Shown: in pieces, positions 41,860 through 54,664 of the stretch
Layout of the letters: each line of letters begins with the position of its first letter
Numbering within the stretch: position 1 is the stretch's first letter
Origin: Macrostomum lignano
Taxonomy: Eukaryota
NCBI GenBank assembly: GCA_002269645.1
Contig: NIVC01002462.1
Span: forward strand, 1-64,000
DNA length: 64,000 nucleotides
Reading direction: 5' to 3'
Notes under the pieces: generated by a model
Seen by the model: the letters and a program-made list of their open reading frames with translations, nothing else
Databases searched by the model: none
What the model was told of the DNA's origin: nothing
Made by a program: the position numbers and the translations under genes

Positions 41860-43450
41860 GAAGGCCGGCTGTCATTATTGGGAAGTTTATGGATTCCTGA
41901 AAATAATGCTTGACTATGCACCCTACTCCGTGTTAATTGGACTATACAGTCTGCACACTATATCCAATGCAGTTCAACATGCATGTGATGATGCATTTGG
42001 CAGAGACATAGAGGACTTCGTTGACAATGTATACATCTACTTTCAAACAGCAAAGAGATGGACACGATATCAGCAAGTCGAAACGAGATGGGTGCAGCTT
42101 CTACCTGTTGTTACTAAGGCTTATTGATCAATAGTATTCTCCCAAAGGATTCTCTTATAAAGATCCATCTCAGATTGATCAAAAGAGTAAAAAGATGAAA
42201 GATATTTCTAAGTATCGAAAGTCTGAACAGACACTACTCGACTTAAAATTTCTGGCTGCTGTCTTGCCGCATCTGTACCAATGTGAGAAGACTTGAAGCA
42301 CTTTTTCCTACATCCGTGCATTCTACTGTGATCTTGCATTGTATGCTCATACATGCTAACATGCAAGATAATTTACCTTTATCTAATCCAGTGTTGCCAC
42401 TTCGGAGGAAATTGGAGGAAAAGAAGGAAACTTTGAGGCCTGGAGAAAATTTTGCCATTCTAAAATTCCAAATTTTGCTCCTAGTATTTTTGTGAATTGA
42501 GAGGAAAACTGTTTCTTTTCTTATAGTGGTGTATATATTATTAAGTTATTGAATTTGAAGAAACTGCTAATGTATCTAATATAGATAATTCTGTATTTTT
42601 CCATTATTTATTAATACTATTCATATATAATACTATCCTGGCAAAATGCATATTTATGCAGCAGAATCTATTTTCCTCCATGCTAGACGTTTTTATGAAA
42701 CTTTGACTGCTTGTCCTAAAGCTGTATCTTCCACTTACTAGCAAGATTATTTGTGCTCTGCAGTTTCTCACACATTAAAGCCAGCTGAAGTCTCTCTCAA
42801 AGAGTTCATTGTGAAAGTTGTTTTAGGCTGCCAAGTCATTCCTACTATTATTTTGCTTGTTTCCATTTATGCCTAGTGGGATGAGTGCCCGCAACTGTTT
42901 GTTGCTTCCTGACACTCCCATTGTAGGGAACTTCTAGGCTGAAGTTTCAAAGATGATATATGAAATAGGCGCCCAGATCTTCCCTCTACTTTGCCAGCCT
43001 GCAGTGGCGTGCCTCACCCTACCACTTGGCAATAGTGACAGTGAGCGGGCATTTTCTAATTTGGTGAACATCCTAACAAAGAAATGCAATTGTTTGTCTA
43101 AGCGACATGATTGAAGCAACCTTGCAAGTCAAATACTCCTTGCAAATTAATGAAAAAAATTGCAGGGACTTTGGTTTCAACAATTCTCTGCTTGTTGCTG
43201 CTCATACTACTTTGTACTCCTTACAGGTGGAAGCTGATATTCAGAAGAGGCAAGACAAAGAAGAAGCCCTATGCCAACGCCAGTAGGCAGAGAAGTAGAA
43301 ACTTGAGGAAGAGAAGTAAAAAGAAAAAGAACTGGAAGCAAAGGAGACAGCAGCAGCTGATATGCTGAAGGCGTACCAAGAAGCCACAAAGAACACCTAG
43401 GATAAGCAAAAGAAGCTAAGCAACTCAAAAGACAGAAGTAATTAACTCTT
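41860..43450 (+). pseudogene. Decayed hAT transposase
   Basis: Fragments SLHTISNAVQHAC...DIEDFVDNVYIYFQTAKRW, TRW, CLTLPLGNSDSERAFSNL (~43005-43065) and a stop-interrupted K/E-rich coiled-coil tail. TIRs not identified. Confidence 0.75.
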
Positions 43451-44078
43451 AGTAAATACTAAATAGCACCTTTCAATGCTGCGATAATCTGCTAGTTTGA
43501 GACCTTTGCCAATAATTCTTAGTGCATTATTTTAACTATCATTTTCCCATATGCAATAGTTTGGTTTTGAAATTTGTGTAGTACTTAATATTGTAGCATT
43601 TTTAATCTATTAGAGCTTTTGAGCAGTTAATTTAATCCCTTATGCTAAATGAGTCAATGACTACATTAGCAGCCTTGGGCATATGTCTGATTTTAAGTTA
43701 ATTAGCCTTGTTAATTATTGTTAATTTCTTTATTTGTACCTGCTTTGCTTTATTTGAACTATGTACTAGTTTTCATGAGCTTGCAAGTGACAAAAATGAA
43801 CATGCTAAGAATAGTGATGCAGCCACATTTTAGCTTCAAGTGTTAGCACTAGAGTTTGGTGGTGAAAATGGTACATTAATCAGACTAGCTTTAGATACTC
43901 TAAGAATTATGTGCTTAACTTATTTGTCTAACCTACTAACAAAAAAATGCAACAAGCTGGGTGAGCTATCGATTGATGCATGTTGTTTGACATTACATCT
44001 GCCAATCAAGACTTGCTAGTATAGAGCCTATAACTGGTGAAAGCTACTTACTGATTATATGTTCAATATACTATTAAG

Positions 44079-44446
44079 AGTCAGCCAAACTTTCATGGAC
44101 TTTCTCTTTTTATTGCTACACTTGCAGATCCATAAGATGAAATTCTAAACAAACATAAGACAATCAAAGGAAACAAAATAAATAAATAAGAGTGAGAGGT
44201 CCAATGGTGTAGTTAAGGCACCTTTTGATTGGCTATTCATTCTTGCCTCTTTCCTCAGTCAGGCACTCTACCCCTCCTTGTCTTATCTTGCACTCACCCC
44301 CCTACCCTGATTAAATGCCTTAGCACCACTGGACCTCAGACTTTTATTTATTAATTTTTATTGTCTTGTGTTTGTTTAGAATATCCTCTCATGGCTTTGC
44401 AAATGGAGCAATAAAGAGAGAAAGTCCATGAAAGTTTTGGCTGACT
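44079..44446. repeat. Fold-back (long inverted-repeat) element
   Basis: Arms AGTCAGCCAAACTTTCATGGACTTTCTC...GAGGTCCAATGGTG and CACCACTGGACCTC...GAGAAAGTCCATGAAAGTTTTGGCTGACT around a ~90-bp spacer. Confidence 0.8.
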
Positions 44447-46696
44447 GAATCAAAAGAGCTTTGTTGAATATAAAAGAGAGAGTATCAAAATTGAATTTCT
44501 ACAAGCATTGTGTTTTCTAGACAGTGTCTAAATTTCTATTCTGATTGTTTGAATTGAAAGGGAGTTTGATCAAAATAGGTGCTAAAATGGTGTATATAGT
44601 ATAAACTTTATACATCAATTTGCCAAATGAATCTGAATTAATTGGGCCCATTAGCTATTGCCCCTATCTGCAATTGGACTATCCTGTGTTGCAAAATAAC
44701 ATGACAAACAAAATCAGAGCAGTTAGCAGTTTAAAAGGTTGATAAAAAAGGCATATCAAAATTTAGGCCAACTTTACAACCTCAACTATTTTATTATCAT
44801 CTATCAGACTGGTTGGCAAACAATAAAATGCAGTCAAAACCATAATTAAATTGCTAGCCTACAGTGCAAAGGGTTATAAAACTTTTAAACTTTATTGTGA
44901 ATAATATACCCTGATAGTGTGAAAAGTTAAAAAATAAAGGAAGTTGAACTTTTATGAGATAACATTGATTAAAACAAATTATAATAGTTTTCTTGATTGA
45001 CCTGGCTAAAGGAAATATATTAACTTTAATACTACTCTTAAGATATATTTATATAGACACAAATATAATAGTAATGTGTTGGTTTGATCTCTTAAATTAT
45101 GGTATTCAGATGGTATTTATCTTGTTTTAATAAATAATATAGATAATTGAATACCATAATGAGATAGATTTTGAATGTAAACAATTGTAGGATGTCATAT
45201 TGCAGTCGCAGAATAATTGTCTTTATTTGATTAGAACAAGATGTATGATTGTATGCTTGTATTTTATTACGACACGAAGATTTGTTTCTCAGAAATAAAT
45301 TATTTAAATATCTGAAAAAAAGTTGTCCGCTTAAACAAACTATTTTTTAAGCTTGTGTTACGAAAGTTATTAGTAGTAGTAAAGTAAGTGGCTGGAGCAA
45401 GATGATTGTTTAGCTAATTCAGTTTGACATATTCTTTTTAATAACATCCAGGAAAGTTTGCAGATGTTTTCACCATAGAAACGATCGAGCTTGCGAAAAA
45501 AAATTGAAAAAGTGCCGACGGCATGACAATTGCTTTGTTTGTTTTTGTTATTATTTAAACGGGGTGTTAGCTTTTTCCAGCGCGGATCAGCCCTAAGATT
45601 GGGCTCTGTCGCAGAATAAAATGATGAGTCCTCCAAGAGGAAAGCTCCCAGTGAAAAATGATTCATGGATTCCACGTGGGTTCCACGTGGCCATGTGGAA
45701 TTTAAATGTTTCTTTATTTTTTGCAAATTAATAACTTAAAGATGACATAATGGTATGCAAAGTATTTTTTATGCATTATTATTTTATTTTTACTGTCCTA
45801 ATGTTGATGTGGATTTTACAAGGAATTCATGAGAAATAAGCGTATATTGATTCAACATGGAATCCACTTCGGTAAAAAACTGTGATACACCACATTCAGA
45901 CATTTTTAGGAAATTACTATAATTAATTATTATATTTATATGTTTTTAAGTAAAAATTAATATCTTAAAGCTAAATTATAATCGGCAAATAAGACACTGT
46001 TTGTTAAAATAGACAAAATAGAAGTGAACAATAAAAAACCCTTCGTGCTTTTTAAAATTAAATTTATTTTATTTTATATTCGTCAATGTTTTGATTCAAG
46101 GCCTTGAAAGATAAATTGCCTTGTTTATGGCTATTTAAGCACCTTAAAAATTTTAGTAGACCTAGCCTATAGGCAATAACTTATCAGGCCATAGCCTCCA
46201 TGAGATTAGAAATTAGATAAATCAGTATTTTATCATAGATAGGCCTAATACTTTTGGTAAAATCCATGATAAATTTATTTAGGCCTAGGCCTCCAATTTC
46301 TAGGAATCCCATGGCCATGTCCATAGATTGGCTACTCATTTTTTTAACTTAAATAGGCCTTTAGAAGTTCATAATTTCCTCTTAGTCCTACCTATTAGTC
46401 CTATCTATTTATATGTATGCTTAATAGGTGTATTTTAAGCTAGGCCTGCTATAACTATCAATTTAGGTCCTTCTATTTTAATTAAGGTTAGGACTAGCTT
46501 GACTTTGTGAATTGTGACTAGTCAATCTAGTTAATATGTTAAAAATCAATTAATTTATGATTTTCTTCAAAAAAGTCTGTTAGCATCTTTTGGACTTGTT
46601 GCATTTTTAATAACAATATTATTAATTATAATAAATAATTCTTTGCAATTACACTTGCAACTTGCTTTTGGCATAGCTAGCCTAGCAGATCCCTAA

Positions 46697-46980
46697 GGTC
46701 CCTATTGCAGCGCATGGCTTAAGTACGCCAGACGCCTACACAACCTGCGCCACGCTGTGAAATGACTTACCTGTGAAAGAAACCCTAAAGCAAAATTAAC
46801 GCAGTTTTGGGTAAACGGCAGGAGTAACTATGACTGTCTTATCAAGCCTAAATGCCTCGGCATCTAATTAGTACCGCGCCGCGCCGTACTAATCGCCGCG
46901 CGCCGTACACGCCGCGCCGCGCCGTATTAGATCCGCGCCGGATGCCGTCCGCCAAAATGCCCATGCGCTGCAATCAGGCC
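46697..46980. mobile_element. PIF/Harbinger-like MITE (284 bp)
   Basis: TAA on both flanks (46694-46696, 46981-46983). TIRs GGTCCCTATTGCAGCGCATGG / CCATGCGCTGCAATCAGGCC. CGCGCCG subterminal repeats. Confidence 0.72.
46809..46872 (+). pseudogene. 28S rRNA fragment (helices 69-71, R2/I-PpoI target region)
   Basis: GGGTAAACGGCAGGAGTAACTATGACTGTCTTA matches the conserved eukaryotic LSU GGGTAAACGGCGGGAGTAACTATGACTCTCTTA at 31/33. AAATGCCTCGGCATCTAATTAGT matches at 22/23. The centre AGGTAGCC is replaced by TCAAGCCT. Confidence 0.85.
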
Positions 46981-47123
46981 TAAGGTTGCTAATAAAAATA
47001 AAGAATGATTATTGTAAATTTGATCTGATTTAGGCCAAGTCCAGAATTTAATTTTAAGCCATAGGGCATAGCTATTTAGGCTTAGGTTAGGCCTAGGCCT
47101 AATGTTTAATTATACTATTTTTT

Positions 47124-47478
47124 TATTAGAGGCAGGGGGGTTGTGTGCACCCTGGCGCACTTTAAGCGACATAGGCACACAACTGGCAAGAGGCATTGCT
47201 GCCCATTCCGCCGACTCCCCTGAGCAGGCACACAAGTATTTGGATATATATGCAAGCACACTCACACAAGAATGTACAGCGGCCCTAGCTTTATTTATTG
47301 TTAGGCATGTATACTTCACTGTGCCTTGGGGGGTTGGCTCTCAAGGCCATTAATTGCATGAGCAGAGAGCCAAGCTGAGATTCCAATTCAGCCCCAAATT
47401 AATATGACTGCACTTGGATTCAAGCTTGGGTCGCTGGCACACCAGAGCAGCTGCGCTACCACTTGGCTACGGCCCCCG
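47124..47478 (-). mobile_element. tRNA-derived SINE, near full length
   Basis: Minus-strand head GGGGCCGTAGCCAAGTGGTAGCGCAGC...GCTTGAATCC (A box TAGCCAAGTGG, degenerate B box). Body shared with two other copies in the window. Confidence 0.8.
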
Positions 47479-47867
47479 CTTTTAATCATACTAGGCCAGC
47501 AAATATAAAAAACATGCATTGCTTTGCCTAAATACTTTATAGTCTAAAATCAATTTTAAAATAAAAAATTAAATTTATAGAAACATATATTAATTATTTT
47601 ATACTTATTATTTTAATTTTATTAATTTTATTTTATTGATTGACTTAGGTAGGGTTTTCTTTTTTGCTAGAGACAAGGTGCAAAATCATACCCTATGCTC
47701 ACTTTTAGGGTTTTATGATTTTAAGGCTTAGAATGCAGTTTCTTTTTTTTTTATATAAAGGCAATGCAAATAAGGCTTCAACATAAAAATAGGTAATGAG
47801 ATCGCACCTAAACTGTATCAACTTTTTAATTTCAGTTTTCAAGGTACAATTTTAAGATTTAGGGTGC

Positions 47868-47975
47868 ACTTGACTTACTTGACTTAGCTGCAGGGGGCTC
47901 TGTGCATCCGGAAACAGCGAGGAGGCATTGCTGCCCATTTTGCTAACCCCTGGCAAAGGCATATGCACACTTTGC
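47868..47975 (-). mobile_element. Short LINE 3'-UTR fragment related to 3751-4031
   Basis: The minus strand ends CCCTGCAGCTAAGTCAAGTAAGTCAAG, identical to the tail at 4007-4032. Confidence 0.7.
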
Positions 47976-50760
47976 ACTTAAAAAATAAACCTAGGACTTA
48001 GGCCTGGTTAATTTTAAAATAAACTTTATTAAGTATTCATCCTTAAATTAGTTTTATGAATTATATCAATATTATCTATCAATCTTAATTGGCAACAATT
48101 ATTTTTCTATTTCATTTCAGCCTAACATTACATGGCCCATCCTCAAACTTGGATGTCACCTTGGTCTTGCCTTTGAAGCATGCAAAGCTACTTGGAATTG
48201 GAATTTAATATCTCGAATGCTACCTTTTGTGAAGCAATGGTAAGTTTTAGTTATAAACTGATTTTTTCTGTCATCAAAATCTGTTATAAGATCAAAATCT
48301 ATCAAAATTTATTACAAAATCTATTATCAATCTGTTATAAAATTCTGTAATTTAACCCCTTTCTTTTCTAAGGTTGCTCACCTGACCTGAAGAAGCAGCA
48401 TTCTGGCAATTGGCAGCAGCATGTTTCTGACTGTTCTAATTCTGGTGCATTATATTATTGTTAATTAATTAATGCTATTGACAATGTCAATTTCAAATTA
48501 TATATTATATCATATGCGCAGCGCAACTCTAAAGATATCAATATCTACATCAGTGTGTTTATTCTTTGTGTGCCAGTGACTCACTACTGTACATAAATAC
48601 ACCTTACTTATTGAGACATCCTTTTTGAATATATTTTTGTGCAGAAATACTTTTTGGCTATAGCTAATGTTTTATCTGTGTTTCAGTTTCTTTTATATGG
48701 TATTGAGATCTGGGGTTTGTATGAAATTTTGAGATCTGGTATTATTTTGAGATTTAGGATGCAACAATTTATTATGGCAACCAGTATAATGGCTGCTTAC
48801 TCAATGACAATGTGGATTCTATGTGAAATACATAATTACTTCCATGTGGATCTTCCATGTGGAATCCATATCTTGATTCCACATGGATGGACGGAGACAA
48901 ATGCACATATGGATTTCATATGAAAAATCCACATGGAATCCATATCATTTTTTTCACTGGGCTCGGGTCCGGCTGAATTGGTTCGAATTCCCTATAGCTA
49001 TATAGTACATGTGGCGCCTAGCTCTGATGGGCTAACCACGACGGAGCCCATAGGGTTTATGGTTGCCTTAACTGCAAAGCTCAATTATTATTTGCAAGAC
49101 TTGGCTCCGCCAACTCGCTTTGTCTCACGATCTCCGAAGAGATAACCCATGTCGGGTGCAAACTACCCATCAGGCAGGGTCCGACCCTATAGTAGGCGCG
49201 GGCACAAAGAGCCCAGCGAGATCAAGATCGAGAGTCGATGTCGGTATCAAGCCGTCAGTCTCCTCCTTGGGAAAATTTGTTTGACAATGGTTTGGTAATT
49301 CATATAGAATTCTAAATACATAACCATAAAAACCCTTGGCGAGAGCAATTGAAAAGTTGACAGGGCGGTACGTACTATGTATTAAAACTTCCCTAGCTTT
49401 TGCTCCCCTTGGGTTATTTGTTTATATATTTTACCTCAGTTTTAGTTTGTATGCAGCGCGCAGCTAGGCCATGGACACGACGACTTTAGAGTTAGGTATT
49501 CTAGGCACAAATTTTTGCTGTTATAATGCCTATACTTAATTTTTGTCAATATATGCTACTTTTTACCAATATTTCTGTCAATGCGTCTATATAAATTATA
49601 CCAGCTGCTTTTGCTTACCAATTAATATGCACCAAAACATTTTTGTATGTATCGAAACATACTTAATTTACCGACAATACCAGCAGTGTGTTTTATGTGC
49701 ATGTAATTTTTGCTTATGACCCCTAGTGCCATCTTTAGTTGCTGCAACATTGACGTTGTTGACAGCGCGCGCTTGGCATCAACGTTGACATAAAAATGTT
49801 GCTGAATTGTTGCAGGAACATTGATATAGAAAAAGATTTCAAATGTGTGAATTTCTGGCAATTGAATTATTGCAACTCGTTTAGATTCGGGAGCTCCTTA
49901 AATTAAAATTGTACGGAGTTATTCATTTATGTAATTCTAATTCAGAAGAATCTGTTTCTTTAATGTATACGTAAAGATTTGTTAAATGTAGCTGCTACAG
50001 TTTTTACTAACCAACTTGATTTAATTTCTACCGTCAGGCACATCGACACGGATTTCTAGCTGCAAAAAAAATCGTTGCTATTTAGGCCTACTGTTTACCT
50101 AACTTTCTATTTGACTTTTTGTTTAGCTTTTTATTTGGTTTATTGCATGTTTGCTTAGCTTTAAAGTTGGCATAAGTCGAAGGCCTAGAATACAAAAACG
50201 TAACTAAAATTAATTAGATAAAAATCTGTTGTTGCAAAGCTCTTCCTACTACACTAGCCCTTGAATTTAAACTTAAAGAACATAAAAATATTATTGCCTA
50301 GGCCTTAGCCTGGCTACTATATTAAGTTGGGAATGCCAGTTTTTTTGTTTGCTCCTGGGATTACAACCATAGCTTTTTTTGTTTACTTGATTGTAACTTG
50401 CAAAACTACCCAAGAGATAGACAAAGATCAAGTTGAACCTGAAGTTGCAAATAATCAGGACCAGGCCCTTAGTGGTCTAGCATCTAATATTGTATTTTTG
50501 TCTGGGCCATCTGCTTCTGCACCTACTCTAAGTGAAGACACAGTTGTTGTAGGTAAATAATAATGCAATGAAACTCTGTTTCTAATATATATTTTTTATG
50601 CTTATCTAATATATAAAGTATTTTGATTATGTTATGCTTAGCCTTATTTAGGCCAAACATTTGTTAGTATAGGCCTAATACTTAAGGTTAGTTAGTATAA
50701 TATGTTGCTAGGCCCTATAATATAAATATAATACAAACTCATGTTGTTGGTATAAATATG

Positions 50761-50801
<41 letters not shown>

Positions 50802-52327
50802 TAACTATTTTTAGTTCAAGTTTGCCTCAATTATATACCATTTGGTATAGTCTATTTATATATCTATATTAGGCCTATTGCTCTATATCATAAAATGTTT
50901 GTCTAAACATTCCTTTATTATAAGAAGTAAGACTAAGACTGCCAAAATAAAGATTAAAGTGTAGATTGCAAATATCAATAAGTTTTTTTGCATTTTGGAT
51001 GTAAAATAGACTTAGAAATGATTAAAGAGCAAATTTCAACTATAAATAAAAAGTGTTGCAAATCATAGATTTTTTGTATAAGATCTATAGTTCAGAACAC
51101 TATATGTGCCCCACAAAAAAACTGTCAACATTCTTTTAATGCCAATATATACCATTTATAATACTTTACACAAAACATCTAAATTGCTAGGAATAAGTGA
51201 TGGAACATGATGGGTGATTTAGATATTTAATTTAAATGAGATGAGCTAAAAACTAAAAATAACAGTTATAGTTATATTTATATAATGTTATATATATTAA
51301 AAAAACAAAAGTAAACTTTGTGCATTTTTGTTAAAAATCATGACTTTTAACTTATAAAAAACAGAATTCAGTTTTGCATTAATTTTATATCAAATTTTAT
51401 AGTAATGTATGCATGGACAACTATTGTAACAATTATTAATAACATAACTTTTCATTCTTTGTGTGTCACAAAAATATTAAACATATATGCCAAAAGCCTT
51501 AGAAAATCACTTTTTGTGTATGCCAATGTATGCTAAATTTCTTGAGTGTACCCTAGAAATTTCTGGGGTACAAGATGCCTTCTTCTGGACTATGGTATAA
51601 GATTGTTTCATAAGAAATGTTATATTTAATAACTAGCTAATGATAGCTAAATTAATTTAAATAAAACAAAATTTATTGAAAAGTTATTTGTTGGATATGA
51701 AGTGCTAGTCAAAATTCAAGAGACTTGAGTATCAAGCTTAAAAGTATATAATGTTGGCTATTTGTATTCAACCTAATTTGTTAATTTTTATATATGCTCC
51801 TAAAGACCCTATATTAGTTTTATTATTTATTATATTTATTAGTTTTAGTTCTACTATATTAGACCCTAAATCAAACCTTGCCTATAAAAATGTTTGCTAT
51901 GCTAAATGATGAATTTGGTGTATTTGGGATTTGTTCATAATGATAATTGTCAACTTGATTTATTTTTGCTTTTGGCAAAACTTTGAGTAAATTTTTTTAT
52001 CTATAATGCTTCTGTTTGGAGAAAATAAAGCTTGCAATGTTGTTAAACAATTATTATTTTCTTTAAAGCACAAGATGCAAGTTTTAGGAAATTTGTGGAT
52101 TGTATATTAGATTTGTAATATAAACATATTTTTTGCTATAATTTATATTATATATATGTTGCAATAAGCATATACTTATGTTGAGTACTCATTATCAAGG
52201 GTATGATCTTGATACTCTGACAGTTTCTTGCTAGGTCTTGCTCAAGGTATTGAAGGCATAGAAGGCTTCATTATGCTGGCGTAATTATGAGGCTTTCATT
52301 TCATCCATTTCTCTATAATTTGTCTAG

Positions 52328-54664
52328 GTTTTTCCTCAACATCTGTTCATGGAGCCAGTAAGCGAACAGTCCAACGACATATTAAGAGAAGCTACGAGGA
52401 AGCTGCAGTTATGCTGCATTGCCCATGTCACACTGAAGATCCAAGTCAACAGCCAACTGAGCCTATGGCAGAGCTTGGAATTCATGCTGCTCCTGAGCCC
52501 ACAGAAGAGTCTCAAATGGAACTTGAATACCAGGAGATGACTAGTGATGATGTTGGTAAGATTGAATGTATCTATTTTTTATAATAACCCCTAATTGCTT
52601 TCAACACTTTTTATTGACATCTTAGTGTGCTTGATCCTCTAAACTGAATATGAACCTTACACCATCCATTATTCATTTCTGCTTTACAAATAAATTAACT
52701 TAAATTTTTTCTGTAACTTTGAAAGTTAAACAAAAATTTAGAGTAAAAATGTGATTTTATCAACAAGTATGTGCATAATCTTTTTAATAGTTTTTGATAA
52801 TACTCTAGCTATTTATTTCTTACATTTAGGAAACCTGACTTCTTCAACGATTGAATCAGCCCTTCATTCTGATGACAACCAATGTGCGAGACTCGAGGCC
52901 ATGCTTCGAGACTGGGTTAAAGCAACAGGCCCAGAAGTGCCGTGCGTGAACTACTTGCTTCAGAATCTACAAGACGAGTTTCCTGGTCTAGCTGCTGACT
53001 ATCGTGGACTAATGACTACACCAAGGGAGCTTACTTTTCGCTATGTCAACCCAGGGCGATATTATCATTTTGGCGTTAAAGCTGGTCTTGACTTTCTCCT
53101 GAGCAATATTGGATCACGCTCTCGTCTGGATTCCTTGAACCTCCACCTTTTTGTTGATGGTGCAAAAGTGCACAATAGCACTACCTATACATTGTGGCCT
53201 GTGTTGGGTAGAGTTTCGAATTTGTCTCATTCTGTTTTTATAATCGGGCTTTACTATGGAACTGGCAAACCCCTCTCTGCTTCGGACTTTCTTGCCGACT
53301 GTATTACTGAATTGCGTGATTTGATGGCTGATGGATTTGTCTCTACTGTCACTTCAGAGTCAGATCTCATATTACCTTTTAAACTTTCAATGATTACCTG
53401 CGATTCACCAGCACGCAGCTTTGTAAAAGGAACAAAAGCATGTTGGGGATACTTTGGTTGCGACAAGTGCACTGTTGAAGGGGACTTTTGTAATGGAAGA
53501 GTGACATTTTCTGACCTAAGTGCTGCACTACGAACTGACTTTGGCTTCAGAGGTGATGTATACCCAAATCATGTTCTTCTACCAAGCCCTTTTTTAAGTT
53601 TGCCCATCGACATGGTTCATGATTTTCCTCTGGATCCAATGCACTTAATATACGAGGGTATTGTTCCTAAATGTTTAAAATTCCTCGGTAAGGGACGCTT
53701 GCCCCATCGAGCATCTGGACCTAATATTCGTCAGATAAGTGCTGATCTGTGTTCTATTTCGTCTTGCATTCCGCATGATTTTGCACGAAAGCCACGGTCG
53801 ATTGAGTGCGTGGGTCTTTGGAAGGCAACTGAGTTTAGATTGTTTATTTTGTACTTGGCGCCAATTGTTTTAGCTGGAAACGTCCCTGAATCTGTGTATC
53901 AATTATTTCTTTCTCTGCATTCGTTTGTTTTCCTATTGTCGCATCCTTTGGTTTGTCAAACGTACTGCTCTTATGCCGAAGATTTGGCAAAGCACATTGT
54001 TAATGAATGTGCAATTATTTGGGGTGACGAGTTTATCGTGTACACTGTGCATTCAATAATTCATATTCCTTCAGAAGTTCGTCGACGTGGTCCGTTGGAT
54101 AGTTTTAGTTGCTTTTGGGGCGAAAATTTTATCCGCTTTATTACCCAGTTTGTTCGCAGTCCACGTTTTGCTCTCGAGCAGACTGTGAAGCGAATTCTGG
54201 AGAGAGATGTGACTCTCGGTTTTTTTCCTAAGCACATGTGTTCTATTCAGTCGCCTTTTGAATATTCCGGTCCAATTGCATCTTCGAATGTAGACTTCTC
54301 ATTGCAAGGAGTTCAGACATTTGGTATTTACCGTAAAGTTAGTCTTGTATTGCGTGGAACGTATATATCTGTTGCTAATCCAGACTGCTATATTTTAACT
54401 CGAGATGGATTTGCAGTTGTAGTCACTCATATAATTTCTACTGATGTCGGTTGTATTTTCGTTGGCAAGAAATTTATTCAGCAAACCGCCCTCTACGACG
54501 AAACTTTCGACTCAATGTCTCTGCACATTTCCGTTGTCAATACTTTAAGCAACTCACTCGTAACTGTACGATGGACTGATTTCTATGGTAAAGCGATGCT
54601 TGTAAGTCTCAAAAATCGTTCCTGCATTCTCCCTATTTTACATACATTGGTCGACTGTGCGTAG
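52328..54664 (+). CDS. CMC/EnSpm-type DDE transposase (start exon not fixed)
   Basis: Exons 52328-52555 (GASKRTVQRHIKR) and 52830-54664, phase-consistent. A candidate upstream exon ends at 50552 (phase 1). Motifs: YYHFG, FVDGAKV (D1), TCDSPAR (D2), GCDKC, DPMH (D-x2-H), WKATEFR, SCFWGENF (E). Confidence 0.9.

Larger units (their letters stand above)
45647..48961. mobile_element. Non-autonomous CMC/EnSpm-type element (3.3 kb) with nested cargo
   Basis: ~33-bp imperfect TIRs CCCAGTGAAAAA..TGAT..ATGGATTCCA(C/T)GTGG, 2-bp TSD CT, subterminal TCCACATGG/CCATGTGGA repeats at both ends. Confidence 0.8.

Noticed and set aside
46809-46872. Functional rRNA gene or group I intron
   Set aside because: Only 64 nt are present, inside a MITE. 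There is no flanking rDNA and no group I P7 (R/S) core.
47400-47478. Functional tRNA gene
   Set aside because: The B box is degenerate, there is no complete acceptor stem, and it is fused to a SINE body found three times in the window.
48121-48460. Host gene exons inside the non-autonomous CMC element
   Set aside because: Splice sites look canonical, but every joined frame stops within ~35 codons and no family is recognisable.
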